NCBI GenBank assembly: GCA_965637545.1
Contig: OZ281500.1
Span: 23,064,001 to 23,128,000, forward strand
Length of the DNA stretch: 64,000 nt
Direction of reading: 5' to 3'
Source: Phallusia mammillata
Lineage: Eukaryota
Both the position numbers and the translations under genes were made by a program. Below the pieces are notes generated by a model, which saw nothing but the letters and a program-made list of their open reading frames with translations, was not told the DNA's origin and made no database searches. Below are positions 12,139 through 26,900 of the stretch, piece after piece (within the stretch, counting starts at the first letter, position 1; each line of letters starts with the position of its first letter).

Positions 12139-14665
12139 TCATCTTACAACTGTGCAAAATAGGATTTTTTCGGACAGCATTGCATAAACTGCGCTTCTCA
12201 GATTCGGTAATTTCGTGCAGAGGACCACTGCTGCAAAGGTTTCGCTCAGTGTTGGAATCAGAAAAATTGGCACGGGTCCACGGCCGGGAAAAGCAAATGT
12301 ATTGTAATCGTCTTCGATAATGCAGTAAAGCGTTAAACCGACTATACACCCAGTGCCAATCACATACACCGTTGAGATTATACGCATCCATCCCAACTGT
12401 TGCGAAAGCGCATTTATAAGAAGAAAATTAGAATGTCGCAAGCTAGATTTCCCAGTAAGGTGGCTTAAAGTGTTATCGCGAGGCCCATTGTTTACGTCAT
12501 AACGCTGTTGTTCGATTTCGAATGCTGTCGGTTGTTGTTCGTTTGTCGGGCGGCGTTGAATGGTTGGTATTCTGCTGGCGGCCATCTTTTTCTTTACCAT
12601 AGTAAACTGGATTTGAGACACTATTAGCAGGGAAACCAGGAGAACAGCACATATCAGCCAGATAATGCATCCTAATATCAGGTAGCGATTTGTGATGGGT
12701 GCCCACACAACTGAGCAACCTGCAAAACAAAACATATATTAGTGTTCAGTTCCGTGTGGTTGGCGTACCTTTGTATTTTTAAGCACTTTATCTGGTTTTG
12801 GACAGTTTTGTTTTTCCGGGTAGGCGTACATTTTTGCTTTTTTCATGCTTGTTTTTACCTGAAGCAAGAAATACACTTAGTCTAATTCCATCATTTCAAA
12901 ACACCGTAAGTATTAATTCAAAACGATTTCGGTGACTATCGAAATAAACACGTAAAACATACACAAGCCACAAAACAAAAATTACCTTTGTTACACGTAG
13001 TAACTCTGTCGTTCTGCACAATGTAGTTAAACGTGCATTTGCATTCCCTCGAACACGACTCAAGGGCGACCTCTGTCAGCGAAAATATGATGGGGACGAA
13101 CCACGAAAGCATGATGTGTATCCGCATTTTTCGGCTTTTTGTCGACCAACAAAAACACCTGCATTATAAGTAGAAACCTTTTTTGTGGCGCTAGTTTTAC
13201 AAGTTGCTGGTTGCCTAATTTTTTGTTGTCTTGTCTTACTACCTATGCTTCTGGTTGGGTTTGATAACTGGAAACTCTTAACTGAGTCGCCCGCCTGCAT
13301 GATTGCGAACTGGTCGCGCCTGATGTAGTCCATGATTTGAATCAATAAAATCCAGCAAAAACTGTACATTAATCAGCCCAATAACATTGCTTACTCTGCA
13401 GTTTTATATTTATTTCCAAATTCACAAAAAATCAAATGAAATTTTGTGGCCAATATTGGATACACATCTTTGAGACAGACGTTAACAGTTGATGGTTTCT
13501 GAAAAACTTACTTTGCGAAACCTGATTTCTGCGGGCGTTGTTTTGTTCCACTGCTGTTGGGATTTTCCTCGTCGCTCACGCCTGCCACCGTGCGGTGAAT
13601 TCGGAACGCTTTCGACCGAATGGAGAAAATGACCAGAAATATTCCCCAAGCTATCACTGTATATGACAAAAAATGTGGGCTGCGTCGTTTATGAGTTTAA
13701 TAAATAAAATGTAAACAACAAATAGCCTTATTTGTGACCTAAAAATTCATCTATTTTGTACCAATTCACCATACCTGGATAAAAACGGAAGTAAGATTTT
13801 TCATATGGCAATAATGGTCTGAAACATTTATTACCTCATGAAATGTTGTTACATGAACCTAACATTGGAGGCTTCAAAACAACTTTTTGTGCCTGACACA
13901 AGGCCAACATGAACGCATAATCAAGCCATAATGGGGAAAATTTCGACTACAAACAGGGAGACTTACGTACCGGTATAAGTGGTGACGACGGTTGTTTTTT
14001 GGAAAGTCCACAATTTCAGCAAGGCAGGCGAGTCACCAGGAGGCCCAGTGCTGAGGTAGGACGGTGGCCCGAAACCAAAGTAACTCCATATTGTGTCGAA
14101 ACAACGAAGGACCGTACTTACGGCTATTGCAGCGACTATATTGGCAGCGTATATGTTCACCAGTTGTGATTTAAGCTTCTCCCTGTGAATTGAAATAATA
14201 AACAGTTAATGGGTGGTTATTAAAAGCTTTTTAATTTGTCCAGTAACACCTACCTCTGGTTAGTGTGTAAAAATACCCTGTCGTTAATTTTGTTATACAC
14301 ACAACTAATATTAATGATATACTTGTGGCGTTGGGGCAAAAGGGCCAAGAAGACTGACTTTGGTGGTTGATTTACATGCATTTTAAGGGTCTCAATTTCC
14401 AAAATTCCACCATAACCTAATTAGTGTGTTATACCGAGCACAAATTGCCCTGAACCGACCTGTATACGATCAACGATGTGACAAGGAACAGGTTAATGGG
14501 AGTAGAGCATGAAGTAGCGATGAGTTCAGCAAATAAGTACTCCATCTTCTGCGGCACGCATGTATATACTCGCTGGCTTGCATTCCCCGACAAGTTTGCA
14601 TGTATTGCTGCGGTTGTCCCCGGTGGCCGTGGCCTTGTTGGAACTGCTGTCGGTGTTACGTTCAT
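12139..14665 (-). CDS. Divergent 7TM receptor, tandem paralog A, about 438 aa
   Basis: Exons 14665-14460, 14182-13971, 13656-13512, 13158-12986, 12719-12139 (1317 nt; intron phases 2,1,2,1). Motifs PINLF, YAAN, WTFQK, SIR, SWFVP, CSRECKC..CSVVWAP, LPNLRSAV. Confidence 0.9.
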
Positions 14666-15313
14666 TTTGAGTCTTTTAAACGCCTATTTTTCTTAAATCC
14701 TGAAAAATGATAAAATTTTAGATTGAATTTTTAGGTATTTTTTTTAGTTTCTTGAGTGCTTTTAAAAAACAGACGTCAGTCTGTGAACTTTGACTGCAAG
14801 GTATCTTGTAGCTCAAAACAAAACTGATAATGAGACTTCAATTTGGTCAATGTTAAAATAAATAATTTAGGCAGTAATTCACACTTAGACAAATTTTTGG
14901 CTACACTTGACAAATACAGGTTCGATCAATTCTTAATCTGTCCGATCTAAATCCATTTTGTGATCGGTTCAACTAAACGCACTTTATCGACTAGTTAAAA
15001 CTGTCTTTTCACTTCGCATCACCAATCTATTGATCTGCACTTCATTAAAAATCAATGATTGATCTAATTGTTTGTCACTTTATCCGGTGCAAAATGTCAA
15101 GGTCGAAGAGAAGGGTATTTGGGAATTTTCTTGAAAGGAAATAGATGAAAACTGACACCCTGACAAATAAATCAATTCTTACACTAAAAACAAGGTAACT
15201 AAAATGCAGAATTTTTTTACCTTTCAACTTTTTTAAAACATGCGTGTTTTAATCTGCTATTCACGATACCAAATGCGGTATTTCATAAAGTTGTGCGAAT
15301 CCGATTGGTGTTT

Positions 15314-15393
15314 TATTGGCGTCCTAACTATGTGAACACTTTGACAAAACCGCTATTGGCGTCCTAACTATGTGAACACTTTGACAAAACCGC
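15314..15393. repeat. Perfect 40-bp tandem duplication
   Basis: TATTGGCGTCCTAACTATGTGAACACTTTGACAAAACCGC x2. Confidence 0.95.
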
Positions 15394-16560
15394 AAATTTG
15401 TAACTAAATATAAACGTCCATGCAATACATTACAGTTAGCTTGTGTGCTAAGTTGGGCTTGCGATCTAATTAACTGCTTTACACCGTCACAAACATACTT
15501 CATACAAAAGCAAGACAAAAACGTTCGTGCAAAAACTTTCGATGTTATCTCTGTCTCTCTTAATAATTGCTTTTCAAACTTGTGGTAGAGCATTTTATTG
15601 TCTTTTAAGACCTCTGGATTTTTATTATTCACGGAAAAATCAATACGAGTTACCGTTTGGCGCGCATGCCCAAATCAATCAATGTTTCAAACGAGAACCA
15701 CAGCAGGTCCTGGTAAAGAGAGAGGGACATAAACTGTCTTTAGTCTGGTTTGAAGTTTGCAAAAAACAAATCTGTGAAAGTTCTTGTCGATTCAAACGCG
15801 CTTCGGACGTTCTCAACCACATTCTTTTTATGTAATAATATTTCAACAAAAAAACCTTGGCGACTCTTCTGACATGTCACACAATATTAAATCGATTTAT
15901 AATGTACTATTTATGCAGTACGTTCATTTTTTCGCATAACTGTTTTCGAATGATGATAACAAATACAAACTTTGTCTTATCCAGTGACAACTTTGTTCGT
16001 AGTAAAGCCACTCTTAAATGCCGCATCATCTATGCAAAAGAACCCTAACGAACCCCTAGCACGTTTTTTTCCCAACTTCTAAAATTAGAACTGAAAATCT
16101 TAGCATCCGACAAGAATCACTGTTACTTACTCCTCTACTCTTAAATCAATGCCTTTTCCGATCTATAAACGGCCTTAAAAGCCCGTTGCTGTATCGCTGT
16201 TAAGCCGTTATGCAACAGGCTTGATCAGTTCAGTTCCTGCGCGCAGCCTCATAAATCACTTAGCAATGAAAACTTCCTGTTTATAAAAACCCTTGTACTT
16301 ACCGCTATAGACGATCGAACCCGAAGCTCATTAATATACGTTTTTACCACGTTGTACTGCAATATTTCATTGTAGTTTAAGAGTTTACATCATACCATTG
16401 GTTTTCAGGAACCAGGTGAAACTTTATTTTCTTTAAAACAGCAACAACGTTGTACTTACGCTACCATCCAATACTTGCAATGCTTTGTTGTATTTTTCAC
16501 TAATTTGTAGCTGAGATAAATGTCACTTTTATTTTTAACCTCCTTAAACTCCTACCCCGA

Positions 16561-16780
16561 GGTACTAGTTCGAAACCCTGCCCGAACCCGAATGCACAAG
16601 CCTGAAAACCGTTTCGAACCCGATTTCTTTTTAAATCAAACCGAGACTATAGGCCCTAGAGTCCGATTAACCGAAGTGAAATTACAAAATAAATGTAAAG
16701 TCAGGCCCAGATCAAGCCTGTTTCATTCAAACTAAAAACCCAACCCGACAAGACCCTGAAAGCACGACCGGACTTCTGCC
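16561..16780. repeat. ACCCGA/GCCTGA-rich degenerate transposon-like segment
   Basis: Clustered AACCCGA, CCCGAA and GCCTGA motifs typical of DNA-transposon subterminal repeats; a similar motif cluster on the opposite strand at about 29500-29750. No TIR/TSD resolved. Confidence 0.35.
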
Positions 16781-19700
16781 TTGAACAGTAGAACGTTACA
16801 CACGCAGTGGTTTGTTTTGTTTTGTATTATCGTTGAAGACATCCTGTATTATTGTTTTCAAGCATTTAACGACACTGCTACGTCGAGCTTCAGTTTAATG
16901 CTTCACAACTCAAGTTACGTGGCTGAAATCCGTTTTATGCCTAACCATCACAAAAGTTCAAAGCAAATCTAATCGTATGAACATATAAGTTGTAAACACC
17001 AATGAATATAGGCTACGTGTATACATTCTTCTCTCTGAAACAACCTTTATTAACATTAAAATTAAGTGGAATAGCTATGTAAATTAAATGCCTGAAACAA
17101 AAACGTATAACTTGCGTTGTCCTCAGTCGTATGAGCTAATTACTATGATACGTCTACTGCAACGGCTTGCTCTCAAGCCACGTAAGCTGGATGTGCAATC
17201 GCTACAGAGGTTTCGTGGTTTCTTCTGTACGACCTATTAAAGCAGTTTTAATTAAGGTTTGATCTTCTTTGATAACTTGCTCGCACATGTGCTTGTGGTC
17301 AGACACTGCGCCGCTCATTGTGTGTTCGCCACAAACAGGAATTGCGGTTAATCATAATGCGCAGAATGCTTGTTTGCAAAGGTAATTTAATGCACAATAC
17401 AATTGTTTCTTGAACTGGCACGCAGGGCGTATGTGTTGCAACATTATGAATAAATTCCCCCCAAAAAAACCAATAGATAGGACCAGCTTCTAAAATCAGC
17501 TACTTGTTTCTCCAGCTGAACCCCTTTTGTTTCAACGCCTAAAACATACCTTTTTGTTACCCGTCTTCATTATTATACGTTGGGCGCTGAAACAATTAGG
17601 TTAAATTGATTGTTACCGATTTAAATCAAGGTTAGTGATTGGAATTTAAATTTGAGTTTGTGTATTTGTATAGTATAACAGCGTTGTGCGCGGTGTACAA
17701 TAAGTCACGTTCGGTGACAACTTTATCTATTCGCCCACCAGCACAAAGGGTTAATTGTACAAAAAAAACAATGAAAACCACAACAGGTTTTACATGCTAT
17801 TGGATGCTGTTCTACCTGTCTGTTTATTCAATCCTCTCTTAGGCATAATCTGACCTTCTGTTATGTTTTTTTTTCTGTTGATTTGATGGAGTTGAAATGT
17901 CTAATTTCCACGTTCATAACAATTACGAGCAGATCATTGGGCTTTCCCCAACTGTCTGCGTACCGCTTTGAAGTTTCAGGAGATTTAAATATTTAAAAAC
18001 ATACGAAAATTCCCGACCACACACTCGTAATGCAACCGAAGTTATTAAAGTTTTAAAGGGCACATGAAATTCTTGTTGGGTATTTTTTCTTTACTCGTCA
18101 AGTGACACATTGTATGCATATGCGTGTTCTTACTGATCATCTCTGTTGAAACATTCGATTCCACGTCAGTGATTCTTCACTTAGTTCATGTCTTCACCAA
18201 TACCCTTGGTAACGTACATTGTTCAGCAGTTTTAGGGTTATTCGATTGTTTGAAACAGTGGTCCACGAATGGGCGCCGATGTCCACTGGGCCGCTGTTTG
18301 AATTGATAAAGGAGTCGCTGTAGGTTTATTGGGCGTTCAAAGTTCAACAAGCATATAACGAAAAGATAAATTTGTTTATGCATCCCTTTATTATTCCTAT
18401 AAGCAATTTAGTGAAAATGTTTTCGTAAAAATTGTTCATAATATGGAATCTAAATTTAATTAACTGGTTTAAATCTGCCATCTTCAGCCATTTGCACGTT
18501 TTGCATGTTAAGAGGATATTTGAACATCAAGAAGTTAAAAGGTAAATAAGTGTGCATAAAAGTTTAAGAATCACTCTTATAAAGCCATACAATGGTGTTT
18601 TGTATTGGTGGTCTTTAACAAAAGCTTAAAGTAGATCATGACACGAATTTCAAATTCACTTCTATCAAAAGCTGGCATTTATTGTCTGACGTGCAATCAT
18701 TTACCTCTTCTATTGTTCGTTTATGCGTCACTGCATACAAACAGAACCAACTTTCGGGACTGAAGTTTATCGCGGTTTTATAAGTTATTAGTCACAGGTT
18801 TTTATATGGTTTGGAAACCAAAGTAGTCCACTGATGAATTGTGTAACCCAATCAATCATATCGCGTCACAACACACTTCCCACAAAGTGCTTTTTGCTTA
18901 TGTAGTGACGCATAAAACTGAGAGTTGGGGATCACTGCCAATTTTCACATCTTGTTATTTAACTTTTTAAAATCGTTTTGAGAAAACGCTACATGGAATC
19001 AAGCCTCTGTACATTGAATAGGGTTTCTGTACATAAACACAAAACTTAAAGAGAGAGGTGGTACAGAAAAGGGTCTGACACCGTATTTGTCCAGCCCAAG
19101 GCTCTGTAATTTTGGGCTGTAGCGCCCCCTATTGGCGTTTTGTAAAATTTACAGGGCGGTATTTGCACTTAGCCATACAATACATCAGTTGAAAACTTTC
19201 TTACGTTTAAACCCAAAAGTTGTAAAGGGCCAATGATTGCAGTAGTTTGATTAGCCCTAACTGGATAAGCCGCCTATGTGATTGTCGTTTCAAACTGAAG
19301 CAATCTTGACTTAATGAGATGAAAACGCAGAAATAACAAGTTTATTTGAAGTTGGCGGTAACCTTGAAAACGCAACTGAACTTTGTATTTGCGGTTGTTT
19401 CCAACCAATCATAAAAAAAAGAACAAAATGAACTTTAATAAACAAATAAAGTTTGTAGCGGCGCAATACACCAGTAGGTAAATCAAAGTACAGCATGTGT
19501 GGACCAGTGATTCCCAACCTATTTTTGACAAAATCTTTACATTACAACTAAACACAGATTTGTTTCCATCCCCACGTAGCACAAATAGATGACGGTTCAT
19601 TATATTTTTCAGATGAGACCGTACATCGACTTAAAAATCCCCACGCCCAGAAGTATTTTTTTCGTAAAAAAAAACAAATTGAAGTTTAATATTCCCCCCT

Positions 19701-20129
19701 CGGTAGTAATTCCAACTAGTTTTATACCCACTGGTTTTAACTTACAGTAACGTTAGAAGTAGGACATGAGAGGTCTATGGAATGAAACACCTTTAACTAT
19801 GAGGAAACTTTTAGTTTTAAATTTGAACTTTCTTACGCTAAAGGTAAATCTGGCACATAAAGAGCATGCACAAAAAATAAAAACAAACAATGATAAATTC
19901 ATATTTAAACATTTTGTCAAAAATACCTGAATGTTTCAACTCTGACAATAAGCACTTTGAAGTACTCTCTACGCGTACACACTTACAGACCATTATGGTT
20001 TACAGCAACTTTCCAATTTGCCAACCATTTTCATCAAATTAGCCAAATACTCCTAACCGACGTTAAACTACTATTTGGCTTTAAGTATGCGGCAAAACGA
20101 ACTTGCGAATATCCGGAATTACTCGAAAC

Positions 20130-23100
20130 TCATTTTCTAAGACATCCAAAGCTCAGAATATACAAGACGACTTCCATCATGGAATGAACAGCAGAACGAA
20201 GGTTAGGAAGTTCCATACAAAGTGCGACGGCCGTGAAGCATTCGGCAGCGGCAGGCATCATTAGAATAACCACCATTAGTTGTTCGTTCCGTTCAAAGAT
20301 CTGCTCGTCATGAGCCAATATGGAGTAAGTTACGAAGCTTACCAGGACACCTGTTCCTATAACATACACAATGGAAATCACAAGGAGTTTGTTGAGATGC
20401 TTTGAGAGTTTGCGGAGCAGCAAACTGCTGTGCTTGGTGGAATGACGGAACATAATCCATCTTTTGATTCTCCACGATTTATTCCGATCCGTATTAGCAT
20501 TACTTTCCACGTCTTCTGAAGCTGGCTCCGATTCCCGTGTTTCCTGTTCGTCCCGCTGTTCTGCGTATTCCCTAGTTTCATTTTCCGGATTTTCGTTTTC
20601 CCTAATTTCCCTTCTAAAATTTCCCGGCATTTCCACATTGTCACATTCGGACCGTTCCGACGGAAAGACGTCTTTGAATCCCATTCCGTCGTCCCGGTTA
20701 TTAATAGGTGGAATATTAGTGGACATGATCTGCTTGCTGACTCGATTAAAGTCAATGTTGGACTTTGTGAGAAGGAAGAGTAGGATGATGACAAAGACGA
20801 ACCAGCAGAAACATCCGACCAGCAAGGATGAGTTTGGGAGAGGAGGCCAAATGAGGGAGCAAGCTGAAAGATAAAGCATTAAAAAATTAGCTGGGATGAA
20901 AACATTCATGTTGAAATCAGCCCTAAAGCATTCATTTCGACCAGCGACACTTATCGGTAAATCATAGTACGCCAGGGCTATTAAAGGCGTAATAGCGGAT
21001 TTGAAAATTATGTTTGATTTCTATTTTGATTTTCTAAAAATCGTTGCAAAGTTAATTTTTGTTTTGTTAGCGGAACGTAAGGCCCAGCAAATGGCCGTGT
21101 GGACACAAGGCCTTGCCATATGGTGGTGAATGCTTGGTGACCGGCTGATTCGGTATGGCGCCTTTATGGGCCTGGCGTACTGTGATTTAGGTAACAATAT
21201 GTTGTACGAACGCAACTTACTGTCTCCGCACGCCGGGATCGATCTATTGGAGGGAATGTAATTGAAGATGCACTTGCATTTGGCCAGACACGTTTTGTCG
21301 ATGCTGATTGCAATGATCGACGATGTGATAGGAATTGCCCACGAGATGAATATTAAGATTAGTGCCTGTTGTTTTCGATGCTTTGAAAACCAATCGGCCA
21401 ATCTGTAATGCAAATATTTAAAGCGTTAAAACTGTTTATGCAAAACTTCAAACCGTTTCATGGAGGGTCTAACACAATGGTTCCTAACCGAACGGAGTTT
21501 TGAAACTTGAGAGGAGGAATTTACTTTAACTTTTACATGTAGTTTGTAAATAGACACTTAAGCTCTGGGAATACGACCTGTGAAGTTGATAAAAGACCCA
21601 ATTTTGACATAGTTCATCACAATGTGGCGTTACGTTTAAACCAACTGGCCGGAAGCCCTTTTCCAATGTTTATCCTCGATGACAAATAAATCCTAACAAA
21701 AATGATGTGGTGTTCCATAGGCTTTGGGAATATTTGACTAGAATTTTTACGTTTAACGGCTAAAAAATGTTTATCACTTTTAGCAACGTTTTTTCCGACT
21801 TTCAAAAAATTACGCAGAAAATTGGACTAACTGCGGTTAAACTTTTGGCGTTTCCTATTTTATCTTCCGCTGTGAAATGGTTTGCGGTGATAATCTCAGC
21901 ATTACAGTCGCGAACACGACAGTAAACAATAAACGTTATTGTTTCGTGTTGTTATAGGTTACAGCAGCGGCTCCCAAACTGGGGTCCGCGGTCCTTTAGG
22001 GGTCCGTGAGGCAATTTTGGGGGGGCCGCGAAGCAGTTGAAGTAATTCTATAATCTTATTTGGCGTCAGTTTGTGCCACTAAATAAGTTTAAATCAAAGT
22101 AGAATTGATAATCGACTGTCTCCATTGCTGAACAATGGCCTTTATTGAATGACAACTATCAAAAATGCAATTGTTCGCGCACAATCGTAATGTTTTTTGT
22201 CCTGTTTGTGATGTCACATGCTGTCTTTGGATGATTGTTATGCGCAATTTTGCATTACTAGCTAAAATCCTGCAATCAACTTTCGTTTTTATGAAATACA
22301 CATGGATACAAGTCATTATTACATTGGTTTGCTTCCTTTAAAAAAGCGATTGCTTGCACTATAACTTAGTGATTTTATTGATGTGTTAAGCCGCCTTTGC
22401 TTATATTGCTATGCGCAATCTTATGAGGCCAAGGAAAACTTCTACATGCTGTTGTGATGAATACAAATGTTGACTTTTGGGAACCAGTAACCTAGATATT
22501 GGTGTCGTTAACAACAGTTTTGTTTTGGATAACCAACTTTAAGATCATCAATTGAATAAACAAACTTGTATAACCTGTTACTCTTTTTCTCACGGTCCTT
22601 CAACTCTTCTTCGTGACCGACCCCAGCAACTGTTCTGTGAACGCGAAATAGATTTTCACGAAGCGCCATGATCACGAACGCGATTCCTCCAGTGATAACT
22701 GCAGAAAGGCCAATATAGTTACCGTACATTCATGTTGTACAGTACCAAGTCTGCTGAATCATTTTTTATTTCATTTTTTCGACCAAGGAAGTTGGTGATT
22801 TCAATTTGTTTCAATCCACCACTTCCTCGGATTCAGAGAAAAAATTAAAACGCTCGTCTTAAAAAAAATCATTTGGAATATTCAGTTATATTACTTTGGT
22901 CAAAAAACACTTCTACGTGTCTCTCAGGTGGAAAGTCTAATATCATTACACCAGAACTTGAGAACAAAATAACCTTCGATTTCTGGTGAATAATTTGTAG
23001 GAGTTTGGGACAGTTTTTTGTCCAACCGTTATAAATTTACGAATTACCCGCATTTTATGTTTTACTGGGAGCTGTTTTTCGTTAAAAACTTGCAATTCAG

Positions 23101-23900
23101 CTAATATTTCCCCAAACTGCACAATGGGCATCATCAGAGCGATAAAGCGGACTCGTTGCGAACAAATGTCTGTAGTAAAATGAAACATTCAACTTACCGA
23201 CATACATTGTTACCACTAAGGACTTGTGGTAAAGCCACAGCAATTGCAGGACGTATGGCGCAGTCATGCAGTAAGGGTAAACAGTTTTACCCCCAATCAT
23301 ACCGAATAACGACCACGTAGTGTCGCTCAAGCGTATGACGGCGTTAAAGAAAACCGCCACAACCAGATTTGCCGCGTAAATGTTCACCAGCTGAGTTCGA
23401 AGTTTATGTCTGCAAAATAAGTTGATTGCGAAGTTCGTTTCCTCTAGTCTTGGTTATAAATGCAAGTTTGCATTTTTAGTTTTTTTCGTGCTTGAGTTTA
23501 TAGCATAAAGATCAAAAATTTTCGTGTATATACTTGTGATCAAAATATGATGTCTGAAGGGGAAAACGTAATTTTTATGTTCGTTTCTGCTAGTTTGGGA
23601 ATTATTACAAGTGGACTTTCGGTGTTCACGAGCCTTTGGTTGTAATAATTATACAGCCATCTATTTCTATAAATAATTGTTGCTTCTATCAGGAAAAACT
23701 GGATTTGACTGTACAAGTTTTGGTTTTGTTCTTGATTCAATATATATTATATTCAAACAGTTGTACCTGAAAACGACGAGTGACACGGTTAGAAAGAAGT
23801 TGATTGGCAGTGCAAAGCAAGCCACAATCATTTCGGCGTAAATAAACATCCAGTTTTCTGTCACACACGTCATAGGTGCGGCGGTGGTGCAGGTGTTCAT
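20130..23900 (-). CDS. Divergent 7TM receptor, tandem paralog B, about 464 aa, long acidic ICL3
   Basis: Exons 23900-23767, 23409-23198, 22698-22566 (an alternative in-frame donor would end the exon at 22575), 21402-21221, 20863-20130; same phases as A and exon 2 again 212 nt. Motifs PINFF, YAAN, WLYHK, ALR, SWAIP, CLAKCKC..CSLIWPP, LPNLRSAV. Confidence 0.9.
20960..21187. mobile_element. Small TA-flanked inverted-repeat element (AATCAYAGTACGCC family), 228 bp, in receptor B intron 4
   Basis: Imperfect arms of about 40 bp: AATCATAGTACGCCAGGGCTATTAAAGGCG versus CGCCTTTATGGGCCTGGCGTACTGTGATT, TA on both flanks. Partial copies at about 8173-8235 and about 61134-61172. Confidence 0.6.
21965..22040. 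mobile_element. hAT MITE end fragment in receptor B intron 3
   Basis: CAGCGGCTCCCAAACTGGGGTCCGCGG..GGGGGCCGCGAA resembles Charlie-type termini; a possible decayed partner end TTTGGGAACCAG lies near 22476-22487; no TSD seen. Confidence 0.45.
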
Positions 23901-26900
23901 TTTGATTTCGATGTTATCCACTAAATTGTGAAGAGGTTGTCTTCACTTAGATAAAAAAACGAAATAAGAGTCAATTGAAAATAATGTGAAATGATTTTGA
24001 AATGAGGAAATCACAACGTCGAAATGACTAAAAATTTGATTTTAATTACAGCTTGATTTTAGATTTCCTACCTCTTACCTGTTTTCTGTGAATAGCTGAA
24101 GTTGTGTTTCAAGTTTTCATCAGTTGACACAAAGATTGCAGATTTACCCTAATTACATACAAAATAACAAGTAACTGCGCATGAAAAACATGCTTTCAAG
24201 AAATATAATCAGTTATTGTAAACCAACTTGGGAATATATTTTTCGTATAATTCACACTTTAGACCTTATTTACATTATATGTGAATAAGGAAGTGACAAC
24301 GTCAGTTTCTTATTCAAACTGACTATGCAGCATGTAAAAATGCAGCGTTTTCTTTTATCGAATTGTTGAGCTATTAAATTAAGTGACTGGTACAAAAGCT
24401 ATCTAGATCTAAGGTGTCGCTGTCTTGTTACAAAACAAAAATGCCAGTAATCTTGTGCATGGTGAATACCGTTTGTTGCTGACTTATCAAAAGGAAAGGG
24501 ATTCACCATATTTAGTCCCTGAAAGGTTCAATTTTGATCGAGCTAGTTTTCCTTGTCTAGTATTCCTTGTACTCTCTGATCATTCTATTTTCTGATCGTT
24601 GTGAAAGTAAAAAGCACACGTTGGGCCTTAATTAAATTACAATGTTTCACTAAATTCTTTACAAAGCCTACAACTCGCTTTAGTATTCGACTTTTCGGCG
24701 TCCCGTACGAGACGCCTTAATCAGATAATCTCTCCTTTTGTTTCTGCACACCAGCATTAACGCCACAAACAAGGTGATTCAACGGTCAAAATTGGTCCGA
24801 CCTAAATGGTTTTCAATTGCGACAACGTAATTTTCGCGCCTGTTTCTCTCATCTATAAAACATTGACTCGCGACAAAGAGCAAAATTTCTTTAGAAATGT
24901 ACTACATGCGGTGAAAAGCGGTGGAAATACTATAAGCGGTTCCTTACAGGCATGTGACATTCGTAACCTTCAAACTGTCATATAAACCTTTTTTGTCAAC
25001 CTGTCAATTTGACATAATTTTAAATCGAATCTAGCGACATGAGCGCCTGATTAGCGGTTCCTAGCCGCTGGGCCGCAAGGCTCCTCTGGAGCTCCAAGCA
25101 TTATTGTAAATGTCACCATACAGATATAAGGTTGAACAAGGTTCATCACTGTAAGAAACATCTGCATACAAATATTCAGATTGCAAAATGACATATTTGT
25201 TAGTACAAAACCAACCTCAATTGTGATATCACAACTGTTCTTTTGCTGTCAAAAATGTTACATTTTTACTGGTGCATAATTTGTTTATTGCTTTGTGGCA
25301 ATATATCATAGTGTTTCAAAAGTGGGCCGTGATGTGGTAAAGGTTAATTGGGAAACTGCCCTGGATTGCAATTCACTGATAACGCAAATGGCAGACTTCC
25401 TTAACGTTTAACCTATTCTTATTCAGAAACCAGAAGACTGAAGTAAAAAACGCAACATTGTGGGCTAAAATGCAAAAGGCTTCTCGTTTTTTTGTGTTTT
25501 GATTTGTGTGAAGGATTGTGTGTTAAAACGGTAATAATTTACCACACTACCATCAACGTGAGACAGTCTTATGCTATTGAATGTATTTTCCACAATTTTG
25601 ACTTTTTGATGCTAAACTGATACTAATCATACTGTTTCCACGCTAAACATGTAAGAAACAAGTTACTAAACCGTGATAATTTTCCAAGCGCAAACCAGCA
25701 TGCAGTAAATTAAACCTCGTGCGAAACTTTGTAGGTGTTGTCACAATTTATAACTTCCCAACCCGAACTTATACTACAAATGTCGTTTAATTATTGAACA
25801 TATAAGTATGACAAACAGCACAGGACATTCCAACTTAGTCTTGCTAACACCGCGAGTTAAATATAACTTACACTTTCGCGGTTTTTGCTCAACCACTTCA
25901 ATTGATACAACAACTGAGCGTTCATGCAACCAACAAACATCAAAGTTTTTGATGTCAGCGACCACATCATTGGGTTAGAGCCACATCCGTCTAGGGACGG
26001 TGAGCTTCCTTTCGAAGTATAATTGTTGTAATGCGCCACTTCCCAACAAAACCTGTAGCTTTGCCAGTGATTAGTGAAAACGTAAACAAACTTTGCACTG
26101 ATGAAGGCCTGTGTTGAATTTATTGTTACGTTTTAGGTTCCTAATTTAGACTGAATAGATCGGGAGGGTTATTTGAAGTTTTTTCTTCATTTGTGATTTT
26201 TTCTTTAAATTTAATAAATAAACACATTCTAAAACTTGCAAATGAAACGCGATTTGTTTTTTACTTTTCTTTCCATTTTTGTCCCATTTTAAAAGTCACA
26301 AAGTTGTCCAAATACAAAAAAGGATCTTAATTTACGGTTGTACAACCGAAAGACATGTGTAAAAGAACTTTTCACAACTTACAAAAAACACCTATTTACG
26401 AATTTTTCCTTTTGCCCGAGACACCAGAAACGTTTTTATTTTTGGCGTTTTACAGTCAACATTTTCTGACAAATTATTGCTATTTGACCTGCATACAAAA
26501 CCACATTTCTGCCACAGTTCACGTAAGTCTCGTCAGAGTAATATCACATTTACGTACAGGTAATTACCGTTTTATTACGTCCGGTATAACCGACATGTTA
26601 TACATCCTTTGAACGTCAACTTACGAACATTGGTGGAAGCGTAATGACGAAAATCCGATTACACCTGACTGCATAACATGCTTTTGCCAAACTGTCTTTA
26701 ATTGTGACTGTGTTTCGTATCACACGTCAATCGCTTGCTTGCAATTGCCTATTCTACTTCGCAAGATATGGTTGATCATCACGGCTGAAATCTAACAAGT
26801 CTGAAGTCATCCAAAATCTTTGCTTTAAGCGTTAAAATTTGTCGGACTTGAATAATGTTCTGTAAATTTATCTTATCTGTGCTTTGGAGCATAACTGTCA

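Noticed and set aside
20464-20874. Plus-strand ORFs of 100-140 aa overlapping receptor exons (also 12066-12320, 32966-33277, 876-1129 region)
   Set aside because: Antisense shadows of real coding exons.
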